Below, one piece after another: positions 56,625 through 64,000 of a stretch of DNA of 64,000 bases. A model generated the notes under the pieces. The model was not told where the DNA came from, did no database searches, and worked only from the letters and a program-made list of their open reading frames with translations. The first letter of the stretch is position 1, and every line of letters begins with the position of its first letter. Source of the stretch: Clostridia bacterium. Its GTDB lineage: Bacteria > Bacillota > Clostridia > TANB77 > CAG-465. The stretch covers positions 33,342 through 97,341 of the forward strand of contig JAFYUV010000007.1 in the NCBI GenBank assembly GCA_017549425.1. Direction: 5' to 3'. The position numbers and the translations under genes were made by a program.

Positions 56625-58535
56625 TTGGAAAATAAAAATACAAAAGAAGCTGTCTATGAAGATGGCAAAAATATTCTATTAAAAAAAGAAGTTAAGAAAA
56701 AATTAAGAAAAAACGAAACTATTAATATTGATTCAGAAAGTATAAATAATACTCAAGAAAAAGTAGAAAAGAAAAGAGAAGGAGCACAACCTACTAAAAA
56801 ATTTGTAAAACCTAACAGTAAGGCTGGAATAAAAAAAGTTCCTAGCATAAAAGAAAGTTTTTTTGCTAAGGAAAAATTAAAAATAATTCCTTTGGGTGGG
56901 CTTGAAGAAGTTGGTAAAAACATTACTGTATTTGAATATGGCAACGATATATTCGTATTAGACTGTGGATTAGGATTCCCTGAAGACGATATGCTAGGGG
57001 TAGATTTGGTTATACCAGATATTACTTATTTGGAGAAGAATATAAATAAGATAAAAGGCCTTGTAATTACTCATGGACATGAGGACCATATTGGTTCTAT
57101 ACCATATTTCTTAAAAAAGATAAATGTCCCAATTTATGCAACTAAATTAACTGTTGGTTTAATTAAAGCAAAATTAGAAGAACATAATTTGCCAGATACT
57201 ATAAAAATTAAATGTGTAGAAGCTGGGAATGTTATAAACTTAGGAAAGTTTAAAATTGAATTTATACATACAACACATTCTATAGCGGATTCTGTAGCAG
57301 TAGCTGTAACTACTCCAGTGGGTACTGTTATACATACAGGAGATTTTAAAGTTGACTATACTCCAATAGATGGAAAACCAATGGACTTTCAAAGATTTGC
57401 AGAATATGGCAAACAAGGTGTAACTTTACTGATGTCTGATTCTACAAATGTAGAAAGGCCAGGATATACAATGTCTGAAAGTAATGTCGGCCAAGAATTC
57501 GACAAACTATTTATGAACAGCAAAAAAAGAATTATAGTTGCTACATTTGCATCTAATATTCATAGAATGCAGCAAATAGTAAATTCAGCGGTTAAATTTG
57601 GCAGAAAAGTAAGTATGATAGGAAGAAGTATGCTTCGTGTTATGGATGTAGCTCGTGAGTTAGGCTACTTAACTGCCCCAGAAAATACATTTATAGATAT
57701 AGATAAAATTGGTTTATATAATCCTGAACAACTAGTCATTATGACTACAGGAACACAAGGAGAACCTATGGCGGGACTTTCTAGAATGTCTCAAGGAGAA
57801 CATAAGAAAGTAACTATTACAGAGAACGATATGGTAATTCTTTCATCTTCACCAATACCAGGTAATGAAAAATCTATTGGTAAAGTAATTGATGCTCTTC
57901 AAAAAATAGGCGCTGAAGTTATATATAACCAACTTGCGGATGTACATGTTTCTGGACATGCTTGTCAAGAAGAATTAAAATTAATGCTATGTTTAACAAA
58001 GCCAAAATTCTTTATGCCGGTTCACGGTGAATATAGATTTTTAAGACAACATAAAGAACTAGCAAAATCTGTTGGTTTAAAATCTGAAAATATTTTTATA
58101 TCTCAAAACGGAAGAATTTTAGAAATAGATGAAAATGGTGCAAGACTTTCTACACAAGTTCCTTCGGGAATAGTTTTAGTCGATGGCTTAGGTGTAGGAG
58201 ATGTAGGAAACATAGTGTTAAAAGATAGACAATTACTATCTGAAAACGGAATGATACTAGTTGTATTCTCTCTTGAAGAAAACACTGGAATACTTGTTGG
58301 AGGACCTGACATTATTACAAGAGGATTTGTATATGTAAGAGAATCTGAAGATTTAGTTGATGAAATAAGAGAATTTGCAAAAGAAAAAATTATGAAATTA
58401 CAGGAATCTCATGTAACAGAATGGTCGCAAATTAAATCTAATTTAAGACAAGAAATATGTGATTTTGTATATAAGAAAACCAAAAGAAATCCTATGGTTT
58501 TACCAATTATTACAGAGGTAAAACAAAATAGATAG
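56625..58535 (+). CDS. rnj: ribonuclease J with a Lys-rich N-terminal extension of about 85 aa
   Basis: TTG start 8 nt after AAGGAG. Metallo-beta-lactamase motif HGHEDHIG, a beta-CASP domain and the RNase J C-terminal domain. Confidence 0.85.
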   Translation: MENKNTKEAVYEDGKNILLKKEVKKKLRKNETINIDSESINNTQEKVEKKREGAQPTKKFVKPNSKAGIKKVPSIKESFFAKEKLKIIPLGGLEEVGKNITVFEYGNDIFVLDCGLGFPEDDMLGVDLVIPDITYLEKNINKIKGLVITHGHEDHIGSIPYFLKKINVPIYATKLTVGLIKAKLEEHNLPDTIKIKCVEAGNVINLGKFKIEFIHTTHSIADSVAVAVTTPVGTVIHTGDFKVDYTPIDGKPMDFQRFAEYGKQGVTLLMSDSTNVERPGYTMSESNVGQEFDKLFMNSKKRIIVATFASNIHRMQQIVNSAVKFGRKVSMIGRSMLRVMDVARELGYLTAPENTFIDIDKIGLYNPEQLVIMTTGTQGEPMAGLSRMSQGEHKKVTITENDMVILSSSPIPGNEKSIGKVIDALQKIGAEVIYNQLADVHVSGHACQEELKLMLCLTKPKFFMPVHGEYRFLRQHKELAKSVGLKSENIFISQNGRILEIDENGARLSTQVPSGIVLVDGLGVGDVGNIVLKDRQLLSENGMILVVFSLEENTGILVGGPDIITRGFVYVRESEDLVDEIREFAKEKIMKLQESHVTEWSQIKSNLRQEICDFVYKKTKRNPMVLPIITEVKQNR

Positions 58536-58560
58536 AATTAAATGCATTAAGGGGGATTTT

Positions 58561-60246
58561 ATGAATAATGAGGAAAAACTAATAGAGTTAGCTGATTTAA
58601 TATTTCCAGATATAACAGAAACAATAGCAGACTTAGAGAAAAGATATCCAAAAAGAGATTTAGAAGAAGGAGCTGAGGTAACTCGCTTTGCTCCTTCGCC
58701 AACAGGCTTTTTACACATTGGTGGCTTATTTGGCTCTCTTATAGATATGAAAGTAGCTAATCAATCTAAAGGAAAGTTTATATTAAGAATAGAGGATACA
58801 GATAGAAAACGTGAAGTTGAAAACGGAGTTATAGAGCTTATAACTCAAATGAGAGCTTTTAATATAATAAATGATGAAGGCTTAGTTTCAGAAACTGAAG
58901 CGTTAGGTGAATATGGACCATATAAACAAAGTGAGAGAGAATACATATATAAAGTATGTGCTAAAGAACTTATTAAAAAAGGACGTGTTTATCCTTGCTT
59001 CTGTACAGCTGAAGATTTAGACAAACTTAGAGAATCTCAAGAAAAAGCAAAACAAATACCGGGATACTATGGTCAATATGCTAGATGTAGAAATTATTCT
59101 GTAGATGAAGCTATAGAGAGAATAAAGAATAATAAAGAATATATTTTAAGATTTAGATCTTTAGGAAGTCATTTAAGAAAAGTAAAAATAAACGATATAA
59201 TTCGTGGTAAAATTGAAATGGCTCAAAATGACCAAGATATTGTTGTTATAAAATCCGATGGTTTGCCAACATATCACTTTGCTCATGCTGTTGATGACCA
59301 TTTTATGAGAGTAACAACAGCAGTAAGAGGAGAAGAATGGATTCCATCATCAGCACTTCATATGGAACTATTTGAAGCTCTAGGATTTGAACAGGTTAAA
59401 TATGCGCATACTCCAACTATCATGAAGAACGATAATGGTTCAAAAAGAAAATTAAGCAAGAGAAAAGACCCTGAATCAGCAGTTTCTTTCTTTATAGAAG
59501 AAGGATATCCTGCAGATAGCGTTATAGAATATCTACTTACAATAATTAATTCGGATTATGAACTTTGGAGAAAAGCAAATAAAACAGCTAATTGGAGAGA
59601 TTTTGAAGTAAAATTAAACAAACTTAATAGTTCAGGTGCTTTGTTTGATATGATTAAACTTACAGACGTATCAAAAGAAGTTATATCTAGATTAAGTAGT
59701 ACAGAACTATTAGAATTAGTTTTGGAATGGGCTAAAATTTATGATACTAATTTATATAATCTTTTAAATGAAGATTTAGAATATACTAAAAAGGTGTTCG
59801 CAATAGAAAGGGATAATGCTACTAAGATAAGAAAAGACTTTGCTAAGTATAAAGATATATTGCCTAACACTTTCTATATGTATAATAGGTTATATAGAGA
59901 AGATATAAATAGCGGATTTAATTTTGACTCTTCTAAATTAGATATAAATAGCGTAAAAGAAATTTTAGAAGGCTATATAGGAATACATAGTGATAGTTTA
60001 AGTAAAGAGGATTGGTTTAATAAAGTAAAAGAGATGGCAGAAAAATTAGGATACTGTACTAATATGAAAGAATATAAACAAAATCCAGATGATTTTAAAG
60101 GAAGTATTGCTGATGTTACGGGGGTTATACGTGTAGCGCTAACTAATAGACAAAATACTCCAGATATTTATGCAATAATGCAAGTTCTAGGAGAGAAAGA
60201 GACAATCGACAGATTAAAAAATGCATTGTCTATGAAAGGGGAATAA
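58561..60246 (+). CDS. gltX: glutamate--tRNA ligase (long form, 561 aa)
   Basis: RFAPSPTGFLHIGG, LRIEDTD, the CFCTAEDL..CR block and RKLSKRK. Confidence 0.8.
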   Translation: MNNEEKLIELADLIFPDITETIADLEKRYPKRDLEEGAEVTRFAPSPTGFLHIGGLFGSLIDMKVANQSKGKFILRIEDTDRKREVENGVIELITQMRAFNIINDEGLVSETEALGEYGPYKQSEREYIYKVCAKELIKKGRVYPCFCTAEDLDKLRESQEKAKQIPGYYGQYARCRNYSVDEAIERIKNNKEYILRFRSLGSHLRKVKINDIIRGKIEMAQNDQDIVVIKSDGLPTYHFAHAVDDHFMRVTTAVRGEEWIPSSALHMELFEALGFEQVKYAHTPTIMKNDNGSKRKLSKRKDPESAVSFFIEEGYPADSVIEYLLTIINSDYELWRKANKTANWRDFEVKLNKLNSSGALFDMIKLTDVSKEVISRLSSTELLELVLEWAKIYDTNLYNLLNEDLEYTKKVFAIERDNATKIRKDFAKYKDILPNTFYMYNRLYREDINSGFNFDSSKLDINSVKEILEGYIGIHSDSLSKEDWFNKVKEMAEKLGYCTNMKEYKQNPDDFKGSIADVTGVIRVALTNRQNTPDIYAIMQVLGEKETIDRLKNALSMKGE

Positions 60247-60251
60247 TAATT

Positions 60252-63047
60252 ATGTCAGAAGTTGAAAAAAAGAATTATTCTGAAACTTTGAATTTACCTA
60301 AAACAGATTTTCAAATGCGTGGAAACTTACCAGAAAAAGAACCACAAATTTTAGAAAGATTAAGTGAACAAAATGTATATGCTAAGATGTTAGAAAAAAA
60401 TAAAAATACAGGTAAAACATTTATGTTGCACGATGGCCCTCCATATGCCAATGGAAATATACATTTAGGCCATGCATTTAACAAAATATTAAAAGATATA
60501 ATTTTAAGATATAAAAACATGTCTGGTTTTTATGCACCATATATTCCGGGATGGGATACACATGGATTGCCTATTGAAAAAAAGGTAGAACAAGTTTTAA
60601 AAATTAGTAAAGATATGGTTGGAGTGCCTGAATTTAGGAAAAAATGTAAAGAATATGCTCTAGAACAAGTTGCGCTTCAAGAAGCTGGTTTTAAACGTTT
60701 AGGAGTACAAGGAGATTATGATAATAAATATGTTACATTAGATCCTGAATTTGAAGTAGAACAAATAAAAGTATTTGCAGATATGTACAAAAAAGGATAC
60801 ATCTATCGTGACCTAAAACCTGTTTACTGGTGTGAAGACTGTAGAACGGCTCTAGCTGAAGCTGAAATTGAATATCAAGATGATACTGCAACAAGTATAT
60901 TTGTAAAATTTAAAGTAGTTGAAGATAAAGGCTTGTTTAATAATGTAGTAGAAACCGCTAAATTGTATTTTGTAATTTGGACAACAACTCCATGGACAAT
61001 GCCTGGTAACCAAGCAGTAACAGTAAATCCAGATTTTGAGTATTCAATAGTTAAAGTAAATGATGAATATTATGTTATAGCGACAGAGTTAGTTGAAACA
61101 GTAATGAAAGAAGCTGATATTCAAGAATATACTACACTAGAAAATACATTTAAAGGAAGCGAGTTTGAAAATATATTACTTGCTCATCCTATGCTTGATA
61201 AAACTTCTAGAGTTATATTAGGCTCAGATAACGACTTATTAGTTACTTTAGATGCTGGTACTGGATTGGTACATACAGCGCCTGGACATGGACATGAAGA
61301 TTATTTAGCTTGTAAACGTTATGGATATATAGAAGTAATTTGTCCAGTAGACGAAAAGGGATATATGACAAGTGAAGCCGGTGAATTAGAAGGCTTAAAA
61401 TATACAGAGGCGAATAAAAAGGTTATAGAAGTTTTGGGAGAAACAGGAGCTCTTTTAACTAAAAAAGAACTAGTTCACCCTTATCCACATTGTTGGAGAT
61501 GTCACAAACCTGTTATTTATAGAGCTACAACTCAATGGTTTGCTTCTGTTAAAGAATTTAGAGAAAAAGCGCTGGAAGCTGTTAAAACTGTTAAATGGTA
61601 TCCTGCTTGGGGAGAAGACAGAATGCTTAACATGTTAAAAGACAGAGGCGATTGGTGTATTTCTCGTCAAAGAGTATGGGGGGTTCCAATTCCAATATTC
61701 TATTGTGCAGACTGTGGCAAGGAACACATAAACGAAGAAACGATAGATACTCTTTGCAAAATATTTAAAGAAAAAGGAACAAATGCTTGGTATGAATTAA
61801 CTCCAGAGGAATTATTAGGAAAAGACAATTTCAAATGTGCATGTGGATGTACAGAACTTGTAAAAGAAACAGATATAATGGATGTTTGGTTTGATTCAGG
61901 GTCTAGCCATTTTGCTGTGCTTAAGACAGAAAAATATGGCCTAACTTGGCCTGCAGATTTATATCTTGAAGGTAATGACCAATATAGAGGATGGTTCCAA
62001 TCTTCATTACTAACTTCAGTGGCTGTTAATGGAGAGGCGCCGTATAAAGAAAATGTTACACATGGTTTCTTAATAGATGAGGATAAGAGAAAAATGTCTA
62101 AATCTTTAGGAAATGGTGTTGATCCTCTTCAAGTTTGTAATGAATTTGGAGCAGATATCTTAAGATTATGGACAATATCTTCAGACTATCACAGTGATGT
62201 TAAAGTTTCTAAAAACATAATTACAGGTGTTGCTGAAGTATATAAAAAGATAAGAAATACAGCAAGATTTATACTAGGTAATTTGTATGATTTCAATCCT
62301 GATGAAGACTATATTGAATATGCTAAACGTGATGAATTAGATAAATATATAATGTATAAAACAAATCAATTAATTAAAGAATGCTTAAATGGCTATGATA
62401 AGTATGAATTCCATACGGTATTTAATGCTATACATAAATTCTGTACTGCAGATTTAAGCTCTAGATATTTAGATGTTGTTAAGGATAGACTATATACCTT
62501 AAATGCAAATAACATTTTAAGAAGAAGTATACAATCTACAATGTATGATATTATAAAAGTAATAACAAAATTACTTGCTCCTGTATTAGCATTTACGAGT
62601 GAAGAAATATGGAGTTATATAAATTTATCTAAACAAGATAAAACAGATTCTATTCTTTTATCTGATATGCCAAAACCAGTAGCTGAATATGATGATGAAA
62701 GTTTAGCTGAAAAATGGGAAAAAATATATGCTTTAAGAGACGAAGCGTTACTTGCAATAGAAAAAGCTAGAGCTGAAAAAATAGTAGGGCACCCATTGGA
62801 TGCGAAAGTTATATTCTCTGCTAGTAATGAAGAAGCAACTAAATTAAAAGAAATTGAAGATTTATTAGCTATGATATTAATTGTTTCTCAAGTTGAAATA
62901 ATAGAAGGAGAAAAGAATATAGTAGTAACCCATGCTGATGGAGAAAAATGCGAAAGATGTTGGAAATATGATACTCATATAGGCGAAGATACTAATCTCC
63001 CATCTGTTTGTCCTAGTTGTATAAATTCTTTAAGCTCTATTAACTAA
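60252..63047 (+). CDS. ileS: isoleucine--tRNA ligase (type 1, with a C-terminal Zn finger)
   Basis: PPYANGNIHLGHA, KMSKSLGN and the C-terminal CERCW...CPSC. Confidence 0.9.
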   Translation: MSEVEKKNYSETLNLPKTDFQMRGNLPEKEPQILERLSEQNVYAKMLEKNKNTGKTFMLHDGPPYANGNIHLGHAFNKILKDIILRYKNMSGFYAPYIPGWDTHGLPIEKKVEQVLKISKDMVGVPEFRKKCKEYALEQVALQEAGFKRLGVQGDYDNKYVTLDPEFEVEQIKVFADMYKKGYIYRDLKPVYWCEDCRTALAEAEIEYQDDTATSIFVKFKVVEDKGLFNNVVETAKLYFVIWTTTPWTMPGNQAVTVNPDFEYSIVKVNDEYYVIATELVETVMKEADIQEYTTLENTFKGSEFENILLAHPMLDKTSRVILGSDNDLLVTLDAGTGLVHTAPGHGHEDYLACKRYGYIEVICPVDEKGYMTSEAGELEGLKYTEANKKVIEVLGETGALLTKKELVHPYPHCWRCHKPVIYRATTQWFASVKEFREKALEAVKTVKWYPAWGEDRMLNMLKDRGDWCISRQRVWGVPIPIFYCADCGKEHINEETIDTLCKIFKEKGTNAWYELTPEELLGKDNFKCACGCTELVKETDIMDVWFDSGSSHFAVLKTEKYGLTWPADLYLEGNDQYRGWFQSSLLTSVAVNGEAPYKENVTHGFLIDEDKRKMSKSLGNGVDPLQVCNEFGADILRLWTISSDYHSDVKVSKNIITGVAEVYKKIRNTARFILGNLYDFNPDEDYIEYAKRDELDKYIMYKTNQLIKECLNGYDKYEFHTVFNAIHKFCTADLSSRYLDVVKDRLYTLNANNILRRSIQSTMYDIIKVITKLLAPVLAFTSEEIWSYINLSKQDKTDSILLSDMPKPVAEYDDESLAEKWEKIYALRDEALLAIEKARAEKIVGHPLDAKVIFSASNEEATKLKEIEDLLAMILIVSQVEIIEGEKNIVVTHADGEKCERCWKYDTHIGEDTNLPSVCPSCINSLSSIN

Positions 63048-63087
63048 AATAAAGTTTAAGTATATAATAATTATATAGGTGATAAAT

Positions 63088-64000
63088 TTGGAAAAAATAA
63101 TTTATGTTGATCATAGTGCAACAACTTATGTAAAAAAAGAGGTTTTAGAAGAAATGTTACCATATTTTACTGAAAAATATGGTAATGCTTCTTCACCATA
63201 TAAGATAGGTGGAATATCCAAAAATGCAATTGAGAATGCTAGAAAGAAAGTCGCTAAGGCTATAAATGCGCATTCTGAAGAGATTTATTTTACTGCTGGT
63301 GGCAGTGAGGCAGATAATTTAATTATTCGTGGAATTGCTATGGCTAATAGAAATAAGGGTAATCATATAATAACTTCAAAGATTGAGCATTTAGCGGTTT
63401 TAAATACTTGTAAAGCATTAGAAAGACAAGGATTTGAAGTTACTTATTTAGATGTAGATGAAAATGGATTTGTTACAGCGTCTCAAATTAGAGATGCTAT
63501 AAAAGATACTACCATATTAGTGAGTATTATGCTTGCAAATAATGAAATTGGAACAATACAGGATATACAAGAAATTTCAAAAGTTACAAAGTTTAAAGGA
63601 ATTTATTTGCATACTGATGCGGTTCAAGCTATTGGTAGCGTTCCTGTTGATGTAGAAGCCTTGGGGATAGATGCACTTAGTATGTCCGCTCATAAATTTT
63701 ATGGCCCAAAAGGAATAGGTGCCGCTTATATAAGAAAAGGAGTTAAATTCGATTCGCATATAACAGGGGGGCATCAAGAAAAAAATAAAAGGGCAGGTAC
63801 TGAAAATGTTCCGGGGATAGTAGGTATGGCTAAGGCTATTGAAATAGCAACAACTAATATAGAAGAATATTCAGAAAAGCTCATTGAATTAAGAGAATAT
63901 ACAATAAACAGAATATTAGAAGAAATACCTAATATTAAAATAAATGGAGATAGAAATAAACGATTACCTGGTAACGTAAACATTTCGTTTAAAGGAATAG
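63088..64000 (+). CDS. cysteine desulfurase (NifS/IscS family), 3'-truncated at the window edge
   Basis: TTG start after AGGTGA. The PLP lysine is in SAHKFYGPKGIG. The class V aminotransferase fold runs past the window end. Confidence 0.8.
   Translation, partial: MEKIIYVDHSATTYVKKEVLEEMLPYFTEKYGNASSPYKIGGISKNAIENARKKVAKAINAHSEEIYFTAGGSEADNLIIRGIAMANRNKGNHIITSKIEHLAVLNTCKALERQGFEVTYLDVDENGFVTASQIRDAIKDTTILVSIMLANNEIGTIQDIQEISKVTKFKGIYLHTDAVQAIGSVPVDVEALGIDALSMSAHKFYGPKGIGAAYIRKGVKFDSHITGGHQEKNKRAGTENVPGIVGMAKAIEIATTNIEEYSEKLIELREYTINRILEEIPNIKINGDRNKRLPGNVNISFKGI

Noticed and set aside
63577-63983. Two minus-strand ORFs at the 3' end of the window
   Set aside because: They are antisense to a clear, continuous NifS/IscS cysteine desulfurase reading frame that starts at 63088 and runs off the window.
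1-64000. CRISPR arrays, IS elements, integrases and prophage genes
   Set aside because: No spaced direct-repeat arrays, transposase or integrase signatures, or phage structural genes were seen anywhere. The only tandem repeats are in-frame coding repeats at 32169-32312.

Overview
This 64 kb window has very low GC (about 27-29%) and reads like core chromosome of a spore-forming Clostridium (cluster I, C. perfringens-like). The evidence is the gene content: a spoIIIAA-AH operon, a dpaB homologue, a FemAB-family transferase, secG-rnr, and many tRNA synthetases. Coding is dense, almost entirely on the + strand, with four solitary tRNA genes (fMet, Met, Thr, Trp) and one T-box leader (Asp). I found no CRISPR array, transposase, integrase or phage genes. 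Housekeeping genes I recognise: murT-gatD, secG, rnr, trmB, a U32 peptidase, aspS, a gpsA-like gene, an asnB-like gene (-), nth (-), recG, an SDR, cysS, radA, a carD-like gene, proS, lexA, rimO, rho, pnuC, rnj, gltX, ileS and a 3'-truncated cysteine desulfurase. The regions worth a second look are: (1) an ORF-free transcription unit of about 380 nt, with a perfect extended sigma-A promoter and a strong terminator, between spoIIIAH and cysS; (2) a FemAB-like, UDPGP-like and CAT/E2-like acyltransferase module right after cysS, in which the E2-like protein has Glu in place of the catalytic His; (3) a peptidoglycan hydrolase carrying a clear type-I dockerin, followed 10 bp later by a membrane-anchored protein with cadherin-like domains that could be its partner; (4) apparent +1 frameshifts in both spoIIIAF and spoIIIAG; (5) an AsnB homologue whose nucleophile Cys is residue 5, not 2; (6) a single-gene GC-rich island next to tRNA-fMet; (7) a dpaB gene with no dpaA. 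All calls come from reading the sequence and recalled family motifs; no database search was run.
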